From assembly GCA_946965045.2 (NCBI GenBank), contig OX337231.1:1674001-1738000 (forward strand): DNA of 64,000 nucleotides, in the 5' to 3' direction. The notes beneath the pieces were generated by a model. It was not told where the DNA came from, searched no databases, and saw only the letters and a list, made by a program, of their open reading frames with translations. The stretch comes from Epithemia pelagica (lineage: Eukaryota; Protista; Bacillariophyta). This document shows, piece by piece, positions 34,702 through 46,587 of the stretch (its first letter is position 1; the number at the start of each line of letters is the position of its first letter). The position numbers and the translations under genes were made by a program.

Positions 34702-35775
34702 ATGGCTCCAACGGCAGAGCAAGCAAAGCGTCTTCATGAGGCCAAATTAATGGCTGGTCTGAGCAAGAAGAAGAAGAAGCAACCCAAAGCGCGTGTCCAA
34801 CGGTATCTCAAATCCATGGAACCTCAGCTCCACGAACGGGGCAAGTCGACCTTGTTGTTCAAGGGCATTCAATGCAGTCAGGGCATGGCAGATGTGTTGA
34901 AAGAGCTTCGCGCCCTACAAGCTCCCAATGCCAAACTCTTGACCAAGAAGAATCAAATTGCACCCTTTACCGACACGGAATCCATTGAATTTTTAACCAC
35001 CAAGAACGATTGTGCCCTCTTTGCCATGGCCAGTACGAACAAGAAACGACCCAACAACCTTGTCATTGGACGAACCTTTGATCGGCAAATCTTGGATATT
35101 TGTGAGTTGGGTGTGATACGTTTCAAGAGCGTTTTGAATGGAGACTACTCGGGACAAATACCCAAGAAACGAATTGGGTCCAAGCCATTACTCCTTTTTT
35201 GCGGAGACTTGTGGCAGACTGTGGAAGAGTATGGGAAACTGCAAAATCTCTTGACCGACTTTTATCGCGGGGATGTCGTGGACAAGTTCGTGGCCAACGG
35301 TTTGGACCACCTGATCATGTTCACGCTGGTAAAGTCACCGGCAGTTTCAAATGGGAATCCTGTGGATCCTCCAATCCTGTTGCACCAAAGAACGTACTTT
35401 TTACAATTGCGAAAGAACCCAGACAGTCCCAGCGTGACCTCCTCACCCCTTCCAGTGCTACAAAACTGTGGCCCCGATTTTGATTTTGTTCTCCGGCGAA
35501 CGCAATGGGCTTCGGCCGAACTGGCCCGTGCCGCTTGCAAATTACCGGCACCGATACAGGCGAGTATGCGTCGATCCAAGAAAAAGAATCAATCCACCAA
35601 TGTGTTTGGAGAAACCATGGGTCGCCTGCATTTGACCAAGCAAGACTTGGAGCATATGGGAGGTAGAAAGGCCAAGGCTCTCCGACGTGCCGAAAAGGCA
35701 GAAGCCCTAGAAGAAAGTGCCGCCATTGAAGGGGAACTACAAAAGGAAGCCGATGCGGAGTTTGCTGATAGCTAG
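34702..35775 (+). CDS. RPF2: Ribosome production factor 2 (Brix domain)
   Basis: PFTDTESIEFLTTKNDCALF...KKRPNNLVIGRTFDRQILDICELG...CGPDFDFVLRR...KNQSTNVFGETMGRLHL. Confidence 0.93.
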   Translation: MAPTAEQAKRLHEAKLMAGLSKKKKKQPKARVQRYLKSMEPQLHERGKSTLLFKGIQCSQGMADVLKELRALQAPNAKLLTKKNQIAPFTDTESIEFLTTKNDCALFAMASTNKKRPNNLVIGRTFDRQILDICELGVIRFKSVLNGDYSGQIPKKRIGSKPLLLFCGDLWQTVEEYGKLQNLLTDFYRGDVVDKFVANGLDHLIMFTLVKSPAVSNGNPVDPPILLHQRTYFLQLRKNPDSPSVTSSPLPVLQNCGPDFDFVLRRTQWASAELARAACKLPAPIQASMRRSKKKNQSTNVFGETMGRLHLTKQDLEHMGGRKAKALRRAEKAEALEESAAIEGELQKEADAEFADS

Positions 35776-35840
35776 ATCACTGAACTACCTATACAAGTGT
35801 TATGAATCAGCACATTATTGCTTGGTCAGAGTTGGTTGTT

Positions 35841-36362
35841 TCAGGCGTCATGTTCCATAGGACGCCCTGCTACGCAAACGAGGTTGATGCAATATCTGTT
35901 GCCCTTGGAATCCGGTAGGTTGTGACCCAAGTGTGTCCCATCCAGGCTGACACATTCTCCCCCACGTAAACAACGTACATTCTCCCACACAACTTCATTG
36001 TCCCGAAAACTGGGCCAGCCATGCTTTTGCGATTCTCGAACAAAGTCGTCCCAGGAACGTTGCTTCTTATTGAAAATAAAGAGGGGCTTTCCTGTATTGC
36101 TGTCATAAAACACCACTTCTCCCTTGCGTATCAGTTCACTCTTGGCCTGCATCCGAAAGCGAAGTCGGAGGGAGAAATACCCCCTCGGTTCGGCCCCATG
36201 GCGATTGTAGTTGCAAATACGGTCGGCCATTCTTCGATTCACTCCCCATCGCAAATTCTTTTGCACGGGCGTTTCGGATGTACCATGATCCTTCGGAGCC
36301 ATGATGGAAGAACTTCCATAGATTGGTAAACGCTGTTGTTGTTCGGTTGTAGGAGTAGACAT
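35841..36362 (-). CDS. MsrB/SelR-like protein lacking Zn-binding CxxC pairs
   Basis: GKPLF...HGWPSF...THLGHNLPD..GNRYCINL retains the MsrB catalytic motifs. The CxxC positions read DSNT and SLDG. Confidence 0.75.
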   Translation of the reverse strand: MSTPTTEQQQRLPIYGSSSIMAPKDHGTSETPVQKNLRWGVNRRMADRICNYNRHGAEPRGYFSLRLRFRMQAKSELIRKGEVVFYDSNTGKPLFIFNKKQRSWDDFVRESQKHGWPSFRDNEVVWENVRCLRGGECVSLDGTHLGHNLPDSKGNRYCINLVCVAGRPMEHDA

Positions 36363-36732
36363 TTTATTTCGTTTGTTAGTTAGGTAGATCAAGGTTTTAT
36401 GAAGTCTTTCAACAATCTTCCAACCACTGACTTGGAACCGTTTTGGCAAGAACGAGATTCAAACTAGTACACTTCTTGGGAAGCACAAATTGCGATGCAA
36501 TCATGGAAACATGGAAACATGAAACGCTTGCTTTCTAGGGAAAGCGACATAACAAAAGGATCATCGTCGTCGTTCCAGCTTGCGCAGGGTCTCGCCATTT
36601 TCACTTGAATGAGCTTGCGTGACGTGGCATGTGGGGCACTTCCGAAATAGTGAAGACGGACAGGCCGTAAGATGTGTGTGCGCTCGTCGTCCCACCTTTT
36701 TTTTTCGCATCCTACGCCCCGTAGCTAGAACC

Positions 36733-38647
36733 ATGACATCTTTTTCGACGAGTGGCCAGCCACCTCTGAATGCAATTGTGGCCGACATTGGCCAGTATGC
36801 AACCAAGGTTGGATGGGCGGGAGATGATCATCCAAAGGCATATTTTCGGTCCGTAAGTCAAGCTTTTTATTCGTGCATTCCACTGTCGCATTCATCTGAC
36901 ACACCGTCGTCTACACAAATGATCTGGCGAACAGAATGTTGCAATCTCGCGAAGTGAATCCGTGAGTGGAGAAAAATCGTCTCCTTCCAAAAAAAGCAAG
37001 AAACTTCGATTACCGATTACCGACGTTCGGTATGACTTTTACAATCGACCAATTCTTGGATACAACAACAGTAATTCCAACGCGAAGGATGACGGATCTT
37101 CGTCCTTGGACGGTTCCTGGGAAGTGGCCAATCCAGTAGACCCAGTAACTGGACTTTGGTATCAGTCCGCGAAAACAGAAGAGGTTACACGGCAGGATTC
37201 GACGTCTCGCGGAGAAGGGGCTGATTGGGGCGATCTGATTCCCACGTTGTTGCGTCACGGATATCGAACTGGCTTGAATGTTTCTTCCGAGACATGGGAT
37301 TTCCCACTTCTTTTATGCGAAAGATCCTACAATCCGCCGCCCATACGGCAACAGCTATTGGAAATACTCATGGAGGAACTGCAAGTTTCTTCGGTATTTT
37401 TGGCCAAAGACGCAGTCATGCAATGTTATGCTTGTGGACGTACACAAGGGACGGTCGTTGACATGGGATATGGAGGGACTACAGTCACTCCCGTCTTTGA
37501 AGGCTATGTGGAACAACATGGCATTCAACGGGCACCCATTGGTCTTTCGCACATTGACATGCGCGTGATGGAGCACATGGACGAACTCTATGGCAAACAA
37601 CAACAAACAATTACTTCGGGCAATTTGGGATTTTTGCCCTTGTATCAAGTGAAACAGAAACGTGATTTGGGATGGGCCACATATCAGCGTCGCGCTCCTT
37701 CCTTTCACGAAGCAGCACGGTTGTTTGTGGCACAGGAATGTCGATTAATGGGGGCCGGGATCGCCGTCGATACCACCACGGCTGCTACGACAACGGCAAA
37801 CAATCCCAAATCCTTGTCCTCCTTTCAAGCACCAAACAAGTCCTTTAAACTTCCGGATGAGACAGAAATTCAAGTATCCAGTCACTTTCGTTTCCATTCG
37901 GCCAATATATTGGTGGGTCGTCCTCAAATTGTTGTGACTGGTGCAGCAGCAGATGGAGCACCACCACCCGCTCCACCAACCACCCCCATGTCATCGGAAC
38001 AGGAAGCACGTCAACGATTATTCCAAAAGAACAAGCATGAATGGATGGCGTACATGCAACAGCAACAACAAATACTCGACAGCTCAGAGCAAGGAAACTC
38101 GACCGGTGGAGATGGAGAACAAGTGAACGACGAGTTTTCCGATGCAACAGCAGTAGGAATCGCCAAACGCCGAACGAAAAGACAAAAGATAAAAGATTCT
38201 ACTGGAACAACTCGCTCCAGCAACAAGGCCATGTTCTCCAATTCGCGTCTGAATGCAGCCTGTGCCAAGTACTTTCAAAAAATTGTGGACCAATCCCTCA
38301 CTTCCTCCCCAATCGCCCAAATGATTTGTGAGGCGGCGTATCGATGTGATCGCGACCAGCAGCCTGCCTTGTTGGGCAACGTTATACTAGGAGGAGGGGG
38401 ATCTTGTTTGGCACCTACAGAACAGGCAGTGCCCGATCTCATCAAGGAACAAACCGAGAGCCTCATTCATACTCACACGCCTGGCTGGCGCATCAAAATG
38501 CTCGCACCTGCCGCCTCGGAAAGAGCTGTCTTACCATGGTTGGGAGGGTCCATTTTGGCCAGTCTCGGAAGCTTTCATGAAATGTATGTTACAAGAGCTG
38601 ACTATGAAGAGTGGGGTGCCGCTATTGTAAATCGAAAGTGCCCCTAG
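36733..38647 (+). CDS. Nuclear actin-related protein (ARP4-like); exons 36733-36852, 36935-38647
   Basis: AIVADIGQYATKVGWAGDDHPK, LMEELQV...FLAK.AV..CYACGR, VVDMG...TVTPVFEGY, LLGNVILGGGGS, WLGGSILASLGSF. Confidence 0.88.
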
Positions 38648-39622
38648 TGCTTAAGTCCAACTGATGGAACAACCGGTTCCCTCCTCCTTCCCCTGATATG
38701 TTGCCAGGAGAGCGTTTGAGCTTAGAGGTCATCTCCACATTATGACAAGGAATCAGAATTACCATTGCGACGTGCCGGAACCAGGCAACTTGCTGAAAGA
38801 TGATCAAGTATAAACTACGGTCGTAACTGCTTGCCTAGTATTGCCTAGCAAACACTATGTGAACTTTATCTTCTTGTAGTCGTGTGGACTGAGTTGGCGT
38901 TCGCAGGGTCGAGAGTTGTGAATTGAGAAATGACTTCTGAGTTTGAAGAGAGGGCAGCAGCAAGCAAAGAAGTCTACTCCTATCTCCGACCTACCTCCTA
39001 CGAGGCACAGATCACCGAAATTATCATCAAATGACTGCAGCCATCAGCCATCTCAACTTTCCCCCAGAAAACGAAAAAGTGGACGGAGCAAGCCAAACCT
39101 AGAACCTCTAGCTAGAGGTAGGATTTGGCAGTCAGTGCTCTGTGCTAGCTAGCGTTACAATACTGCAGACCCCACACACAAGAAACAGGAAACAAGAATG
39201 TCGACAAACCAGAGAACAAAAGCACAATAGGGCTTATAAGTTCTCGAACAGTGGGATTCCCAAGCAAATTTCTCCTTCTTTTGTGCGTTTATTCGTCGTG
39301 CTCGTCGATTGCTTATTGAAAGTATGGCGGCATGCTAGTTAGCTTGCTTGCTAAGAGACAGCCATGTTTCGGCTTATGACTACTCTATACTCGCGTACTC
39401 TCTCCTCTCTCTACTCTCTAGGAGTAGAGAGTTAGCTAGTGAGTCGCGCGAGTCACCTCTACGACTACACCAACAAAAACTATGGGGGAAATGGGAAGAG
39501 ATAGAGTCCTTAGTCCTACGAGTAGAGAGGAGTAGGAGTATCTCTATCTCGCGGCTTTGGAATCAGAAATAATCAGGTACTCCTATTTTTGATTTGGGTT
39601 TTGGGTAGAGCTATCTGTGATC

Positions 39623-39660
39623 GGTAATAGGTAATAGGTAATAGGTAATAGGTAATAGGT
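39623..39660. repeat. (GGTAATA)5 heptamer tandem repeat
   Basis: ggtaata x5 plus ggt, read directly. Confidence 0.9.
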
Positions 39661-40664
39661 GTAGATGAAGAACAGAGGCCATAAATTGAGAAGAACGAGG
39701 GGTCATCTCAGCATTCAGCATGCTGCAAGAAGACCCGCTACCCGCTGCTAGGATTTGACGAAAAAGCCGTAGGAGTACATCGTACATCTGTCGACTTTGA
39801 TATTTTATATTATTGTATCAAGGGCTCAAGGCTCAAGGTCCCAACTCCCAATGACCTACCTTGGATCGTAGATCCGTAGATCGTAGATGTCGCAAGTCGC
39901 AAGAGTCGAAAATTCGCGATCTTGGCACTGGGCAATTGGCAAGCCCCGGCATGTTTGATGGCGCACGGCAAAACCGTAGGAACAAATCAATTCTCGACAC
40001 TCGGTACTCAACAACCTTAACAGTCGAGAGTCAATCCATTATCCATAACCAATAACAACAACAATACACCGGGGTTTTATGTTTTATGTCCGCAGTAGTA
40101 ACGAGTAGACTTGTACGAGCTCGTAGCTACTCCTGATAATGATACCGCCTTGTCGCCGTGAAACACAAAGAGAGCAGGACCATCTAAAGTCTAAAGTTAT
40201 CTAGCTCATCCTAGCTAGCACCATAGTCTAAAATCCTCTCAAGCGAGATCTAGTAAGTCAGTACAAAAATAACAACAGAAAACAGAAGGCTCCTCTACCA
40301 AACCCCAAACCAGCAGGGCGAAACAGTGAAACGGCCTTCATGCACACTGGTGATGGTCCGCTGGTTCACCTTGGTGAGCATTACTATTAGGCCATCCCCC
40401 TTGGACACGGAGCAACAACAACAAGTTTGTTGAACTCTCGCTGTTGGTGATATTGTATCTGGTTACTGGTATATCGTTGCATTGACTGCGAGACGTGAGA
40501 GGAGAGACGATAGTGTTGTTCTGTTGATCGGCTTTATTCGATCGACTTGTTGGCAACAAAAAGCGTCCCACAGTTTATCCAACGAGGAGGTGTTGCCTTT
40601 CTTTGAGGCCCCAATACAATCGTGAAGAAATATCTGTGTGACAAGGAAAGCAAAGCAAAGCAAG

Positions 40665-43600
40665 ATGGATCAGCTGGGAGCTGATTTCGATGCCAGGGGG
40701 AATGTAATGACTCCGGCGCAATTTCAGGAGTATCGCTTGAAACGAGGAGAATGTGTGACATGTGGTCGGAAATGCTTTGAGAAGAAGAAATTTTTACGCA
40801 AAACTCCAATCACCGAGCACGGGCTTGTATTGAATGGCCGTTGTCTTAAATGTAACCCACTTGATTCTGGCGATGCATCAAAACAAGCACAAGGTGGCGT
40901 CATCCCTGCAGTATCGCGTCCAGCAACGAGAGAAGATCTCGCTCGTTTCACCAGAAGTTTGTCGAATCTTGCTCTTGGCAGTGCAGCTGCTGCATCAGGT
41001 GCCGCCCCAGCCTCTGCTTCCTCCTCCTCGCCTTCTCAAGGGGTCACCAGGGGTCAATCCTCCTCTCGTGCCTTGCGAGCATCTGTGTCTTCACCTCTCC
41101 CAGCTGCAGGGCCAGCAAATGGAAGTAGCGTCAGCAACAACAATAATTCGACAATGCCGCAAAGAAGGACCTCCACATCTCGCACGCAATCGAGCAGCAA
41201 CATTTCCGATTCCAGCCAACCACTCGTACAGCCACAACGACAGGCATCAATGAGAGCTTTGTCCACTCATTCCGAAACACCTAGCAATGCTTTGCCTTCG
41301 CCTGATCAAAGCCCAGCCAGCCACCAAATGCCCGGGCATATACCAAATGGTGAGCCACGGCGGATGAGTTTAAATCGACCACAGAAACAACCAGCGCATG
41401 GCAATAGCAGCATTCGCAGTTTAAGCCGAGATTCACTGAACAGCAATGATGAAAGCGTTGCTAGCTTACATGAAAGTATCGCCAGTCATCAAAGGGGGAG
41501 CTATGTCATTGACGAAGAAGCTTCATTGCATCAAGACTTTTCTGATCGACAAGATAACGATGGAGATTTTGTCTCACCGCGAACTGCGGTCGACCCACGT
41601 CGGGCTTCTTTGATAGACATAGCAAACGGCGATCCTCATAGCTTGGTGCTCTCTCCTAGTGCTCACATGATAATGAACAGAAACGGAGGATATCCCTATT
41701 ATGGAAGTGACCAAGACGAAGGAAGCTTCGTCGATGAGGATGCCAACGGGAACGCCAGCGTTGACTCTGGAGGGCAACTTCATCCACTCCATCATCATCG
41801 AGAACTCATGCGATCATATCATTCGGTGGGAAGTCGAGGTAGCCGTGATAGTCGGAACAGTCGTGGACGAGGCCACCACCCACATTCGCCGGGCCATAGA
41901 GGCAGTAGTTTGGGTCATCTTGATCGCCGTTATCATGACGATGACGAATCCTTCACCAACACATCGGAAAACTACGACGACTATGCACCCCTTCCAGATT
42001 TTCATACCGCGGATATAGTAGCTCCTACAGGAGAGGAGATTGAGGATGCATATGACCGAATGACTGCCCAACCTTCGTATGGACACCATTCTCCCACAGC
42101 ACTAGATCACTATCACGTGAACGGGGGGCCAGACGCCATTCTTGGAGGGCCATATGACACCCCCTTATCACTTGATCGCTTACAAAGTGAAAGGAGTTTG
42201 GGCAGTAGTCAAACAAGTGCTCACAACAGCAGCAATAACAACAGTATGAATATGCGGGCACTGGAGCTATCACAACGGAGTCTCCGATCTGATCGATCAG
42301 GGCACAACACTGAAGAAGAAATTGCCGCGTATGAAAGTCGCCAACAAAAACATGGAATTCTCAACCGTGGTGGTACAGTAAATTTGGTAAACATGACAGG
42401 CGGTTGTATGCATGGAGAAGGTTTCAACAGCACGAATGCCTCGAATTCTGTCCAGAGCTCCTCGAGCGAACGGAATATCTCGTCCCATCATGATCAACTG
42501 TCCATGCCGTACAACAGTGGACATGGCACTGTTCGAAGTGCTGGCAAAAACCATTTGAGTAGTCGATCTCTGGAAGCGTCCGTGTCGTCATTTGAAGAAG
42601 ATATTCTCACAGTTGAACGTCAAGAATCTATGAACTCGTTCAGATCTCAGGGACGAGGAAGTCGTTCCAATAGCTGGAAAGGTGACAACGGTGTGTCAGC
42701 TTCGGAATTGTTGGGTTCTTCAAGTACACATTCACATGGTCATGGTGGGCGACATGTCATTCCCAGTAGTGGGGCGTCGTATCATTCTTGTGACTACAGC
42801 AATGACAACGTCATCAATGTGTCTGGCCATTCCACGTCAAATCCAGGAAGGCCAGAAGGTGGGCTTGACCTCTACCTTGATCGCAACGCGAATTCTACCA
42901 GTACGGCCACCACTTACTTGACTGCTGGTCACGGATCCCGGCAGAATTCGCAAACTTCCGGGTTGAGTAGAACGGAAGAAGGACTCGAACGGCTTTCAAG
43001 GGTGGGCACTGATTTTATCCAACTTATTGATATTATGCATGATTTCCCGAATTCTGAGCCAGTACTGAGCAGTTGCATGCAAGAAATATCCAACATGCGC
43101 TTGTCTCCTGAAGACTGTGATGCTCTCGCGGAAGCCGGGGGTCTTGACGCTATATTAGAAGCAATGCGTTTCTTCCCTGAAGAGGCTGAACTCCATTTAT
43201 GTGGTTGTCGGGCCTTGTGCGACGTTTCTGGAACTCAAGGAAACCAGCTCGCGTTGGTCGACGGAGGTGCCGCTGAATTGTTGCTGGAAAACACCATGGA
43301 AACATTCGCCGATATTCCTGAACTTCAAGAACAAGCTATGGCTGCCTTGGCTAATCTAGCTGCTCTTGATGCCAACTTGGAGCACTTACTTTCGAAAGAA
43401 ATTGTTGTGCGTGTGGTGCAGTCGATGAATAGACATAGCAAAAATGCACAAGTGCAAATGAAAGGCTGTTGGGTTATTACAAATCTGGCATCTCATCCTA
43501 CAGAAATGAAGTCAATGGTAATGATGGCTGGTGGCGGCGGAGCGGTTGTATTAGCCATGGTTTTGCACGCAAAAGACGCACAACTACAAGAGAAAGGGCT

Positions 43601-44312
43601 GCAGGCTTTGAGGAATTTATCTGCGCATTGTGAAGAAAACAAAGTGGAACTGGCTCACATTGGTGGCATCCATGCTTCTATTGATGCGATGAAACTGCAC
43701 AGAGATGACCCATACGTACAGGAAGCTGGGGCCTGGACATTGTGCAACTTGGCAGGCAATATGAACAACAGGAAACAGATCGGAGAAGCTGGTGGTATTG
43801 ATGTTGTTGTTCGTGCGATGTGGGTTCATTCAGATCAGGTCTCTGTCGGCGAGTGGTGTGTTCGAGCCCTTTTCAGCCTAAGCCTTTATCCCGCTAATTG
43901 TCGTTCGATTTTGGAAGTGAACGGCATCACCGCCGTGATAAGCGCTATGCAAGGGCATGAGAAGTCCTCGTTTGTACAAGAGATGGGCTGTGCAATTTTG
44001 AGTAATCTTGCGAAAGAAGAACAGGCCAAAACACGCATTGTCAACGAGGAAGCATTGGACGCGATTGTTCTTGCGATGGTACTATATGGAGAAGATGCCA
44101 GGGTACAAGAGCAAGCATGTCAAGTTCTGTTGCGACTGGCCATTGCACCAAACGTAACCCCGATGCATGCCTCAAATGTTGTGGAATTGGTCAAGGTGGC
44201 AGCTGGACGGTTTCCTGAGAATTGCGGAGAAGCAGCAGAGGAGTTCATCAGCATGCTGACAGAGATCACCCCCGGTTACATCGAAGGACAAGGAAGTATT
44301 CCGGTGAGCTAG
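40665..44312 (+). CDS. Armadillo-repeat protein with N-terminal Cys4 motif and long disordered S/H-rich linker
   Basis: C-terminal ~450 aa of ARM-like repeats (GGLDAILEAMRFF...CRALCDV; GGIHASIDAMKLH...AWTLCNL). N-terminus CVTC...CLKC. Confidence 0.88.
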   Translation: MDQLGADFDARGNVMTPAQFQEYRLKRGECVTCGRKCFEKKKFLRKTPITEHGLVLNGRCLKCNPLDSGDASKQAQGGVIPAVSRPATREDLARFTRSLSNLALGSAAAASGAAPASASSSSPSQGVTRGQSSSRALRASVSSPLPAAGPANGSSVSNNNNSTMPQRRTSTSRTQSSSNISDSSQPLVQPQRQASMRALSTHSETPSNALPSPDQSPASHQMPGHIPNGEPRRMSLNRPQKQPAHGNSSIRSLSRDSLNSNDESVASLHESIASHQRGSYVIDEEASLHQDFSDRQDNDGDFVSPRTAVDPRRASLIDIANGDPHSLVLSPSAHMIMNRNGGYPYYGSDQDEGSFVDEDANGNASVDSGGQLHPLHHHRELMRSYHSVGSRGSRDSRNSRGRGHHPHSPGHRGSSLGHLDRRYHDDDESFTNTSENYDDYAPLPDFHTADIVAPTGEEIEDAYDRMTAQPSYGHHSPTALDHYHVNGGPDAILGGPYDTPLSLDRLQSERSLGSSQTSAHNSSNNNSMNMRALELSQRSLRSDRSGHNTEEEIAAYESRQQKHGILNRGGTVNLVNMTGGCMHGEGFNSTNASNSVQSSSSERNISSHHDQLSMPYNSGHGTVRSAGKNHLSSRSLEASVSSFEEDILTVERQESMNSFRSQGRGSRSNSWKGDNGVSASELLGSSSTHSHGHGGRHVIPSSGASYHSCDYSNDNVINVSGHSTSNPGRPEGGLDLYLDRNANSTSTATTYLTAGHGSRQNSQTSGLSRTEEGLERLSRVGTDFIQLIDIMHDFPNSEPVLSSCMQEISNMRLSPEDCDALAEAGGLDAILEAMRFFPEEAELHLCGCRALCDVSGTQGNQLALVDGGAAELLLENTMETFADIPELQEQAMAALANLAALDANLEHLLSKEIVVRVVQSMNRHSKNAQVQMKGCWVITNLASHPTEMKSMVMMAGGGGAVVLAMVLHAKDAQLQEKGLQALRNLSAHCEENKVELAHIGGIHASIDAMKLHRDDPYVQEAGAWTLCNLAGNMNNRKQIGEAGGIDVVVRAMWVHSDQVSVGEWCVRALFSLSLYPANCRSILEVNGITAVISAMQGHEKSSFVQEMGCAILSNLAKEEQAKTRIVNEEALDAIVLAMVLYGEDARVQEQACQVLLRLAIAPNVTPMHASNVVELVKVAAGRFPENCGEAAEEFISMLTEITPGYIEGQGSIPVS

Positions 44313-44526
44313 CTAGCTCTCATTTTAACATAGAACAAAGAGGATGGTATTTATTCGAAAGCTAATAGACAATACATTTTGAACGCAAGAACTTCCTGTT
44401 TCTTCTTTCAACTTAATTTTATCTTTGCGATCACGTGAAACCCCTAGGGTCCATTCATTCTGTCCAATGAATGCGGGATTATATGATTGCAATGCTGAAT
44501 AAGATTTAACTGTAAATAGAATATCT

Positions 44527-46347
44527 TCAACGAAAGAAGCGTTGTAACGCGACGGGAGTCACAGTATCCGCTTCACTTTTAATGGCATTACCACTGCTAT
44601 CAGCTTCGTTGGCAGACTTGGCCTCCTTTGACTGACGCAGTTTATCTCTGTTTCCCTTCTCAACGTTCCGCTGTTTACGACGCAATTTTACCTGTATTTT
44701 ACTTTGCCCTCTTTTCGTTGTTGAGAGTTTCTTCGTTGGAACAACCTTGGCGTTTGCCATTTCCTGAAGATCATGTACTCGTTCTCGTCTTATGTGGTGT
44801 TCACTGGCTTCAATACCGGCAACTTGATCCGGATCCAGCGCTATCATCTCTGGTCGGAGCTTATCCAAAAGAGCGCGGACTTCTGCTTCTCGTCTCTGCT
44901 TCGCATCAGCAATCGGGTTCAGATTATATTCAGACGTATCAATTTGTGGGTCACCTGCACCAGGTATCACCATTGACGATATCCCTCTCCCATGTCCAAC
45001 ACCACACACATCTTCAAACGGTCGAAAGCGAACAGTCTCTATCGGCCCACACCGCGGAAAGAGCTGATGCATGTAGGGGCCCCGTGCGAGAGATGTTAGC
45101 GCTTCGCTTGACCAGATCGACACGTGACCTGCGTGTCCAACCGACAACATTCCCCGTTGAGAAATATCTAGAGATGTCGGGATTCCTGCAGCACAATCGT
45201 AGTAGTGGAGCTGCTTATACATCCGAAGGTCCCATATTCGCAATTTCCGATCAGCGGCTCCCGTAACCATCGTGTGCCCGCTTTGATCAACAGCTAAAGA
45301 TGTAATTGCAGAACCCTTGTGGCAGAGCATTTTCACTAAAAATCTTGATGTCGAGGGACTCCATAGACTCACTGTTCCATTTGAATGACCAACATGCATA
45401 ACCGCATTTGCAGGATTTTGCCGAAGTACTCTACATGGAACAAGTGTCCGATGTGATGCAACATGCTGACCAGTACTTGTGTCTTGATATTTTAGCCATC
45501 CAGTTCTCCCAATAGAGACAAGCAACCAGTGATACGGCAAAAAATCCAAGGCCACCGGTTCATGAGTCTCAGACAACCTATGTATTTCGATGCCATTGTT
45601 ATCGTAAATAAAAGCGTTGTTCTTCTGCGCCACTGCTGTCAGGGTGAAGTTGTGTAGAAAACACGCATCTCTGACTCGCTCGCGAACATGAAACTCTTTC
45701 AAAAGTGATTGTTGATTATTATCCAAGAACGCGACATGGCCTTTCTCGCCGTACAAGACGCTATACCTACCAGATGTATCATACTTCATTCCATATGGCG
45801 CACATTCTGTAAGAGTCAAGTCGAAAATATTTCGTGAAGTGTCTGGATCAAGGTGATCGCGCTTCAGTTGAGTTTGAGACAGTCGATAAGTTCTTTCCAT
45901 ATCATTTTCGGTTTCAATCATTCCTGGCTTTGTAGTTTCGAGTATTTGTTGCGCTTGAGCTGACGCCACAGCAGCTTCAAGTCGCCTAGTCTCATGCTTT
46001 TCAAGACGAGATTGCAGCGATCGGTTGCGCCGTCCTTTCCTCCGTTCCAGAGCTAGTTTTTGCTTCTCACTTAGCGAGGCTAAGTTTGGATTTTGATCGT
46101 CTGCATTGAGAATTGCCTTTCGTTCTTTGGATGCACTTACTTGGCTGCTACCAAGAGCGAAACGCTGAAGGGACGGTGATGCGGCAACTTGTTCTCTCAG
46201 ATCCTGAAGCTTCTCATGAGTTTGTTCCGACGGAACGTGTATGCCACGAGCCACCACATTGGACACGGGTTCTCCATCGTCTCGAGTGGAGTTAGCCCCA
46301 ACCGAGTCGCTGAGAAGACGGCCTTTTCCAGAGTTAGCAGTTGCCAT
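44527..46347 (-). CDS. UTP7: U3 snoRNP WD40 protein UTP7/WDR46 (BING4 C-terminal domain)
   Basis: FDLTL...PYGMKYDTSGR, LDFLPYHWLL, QNPANAVMHVGHSNGTVSLWSP, FRPFEDVCGVG, VIPGAGDPQID, RREAEVRALLDKL. Confidence 0.93.
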   Translation of the reverse strand: MATANSGKGRLLSDSVGANSTRDDGEPVSNVVARGIHVPSEQTHEKLQDLREQVAASPSLQRFALGSSQVSASKERKAILNADDQNPNLASLSEKQKLALERRKGRRNRSLQSRLEKHETRRLEAAVASAQAQQILETTKPGMIETENDMERTYRLSQTQLKRDHLDPDTSRNIFDLTLTECAPYGMKYDTSGRYSVLYGEKGHVAFLDNNQQSLLKEFHVRERVRDACFLHNFTLTAVAQKNNAFIYDNNGIEIHRLSETHEPVALDFLPYHWLLVSIGRTGWLKYQDTSTGQHVASHRTLVPCRVLRQNPANAVMHVGHSNGTVSLWSPSTSRFLVKMLCHKGSAITSLAVDQSGHTMVTGAADRKLRIWDLRMYKQLHYYDCAAGIPTSLDISQRGMLSVGHAGHVSIWSSEALTSLARGPYMHQLFPRCGPIETVRFRPFEDVCGVGHGRGISSMVIPGAGDPQIDTSEYNLNPIADAKQRREAEVRALLDKLRPEMIALDPDQVAGIEASEHHIRRERVHDLQEMANAKVVPTKKLSTTKRGQSKIQVKLRRKQRNVEKGNRDKLRQSKEAKSANEADSSGNAIKSEADTVTPVALQRFFR

Positions 46348-46587
46348 TGTCACGAGATCTGTAGTGGCCTGCTCGGATGGATGAGGAAAGGCGGACAGTC
46401 TGTACGTCGTCAGAACGTCCCCTCTCCAGTTAAGTCATGCGACAAGGGTAGGGGTTAGGGGTAGCTCCACAATGACAAAAACCATGAACCTCTCAAAACC
46501 TCCTGTGTACTTGTTTTACAGATGTTGACTCAGCTTTCCAAAGCGATCGACTTGTCTTGCAGCGTTCTGTGGATTGATTGTAGCAAT

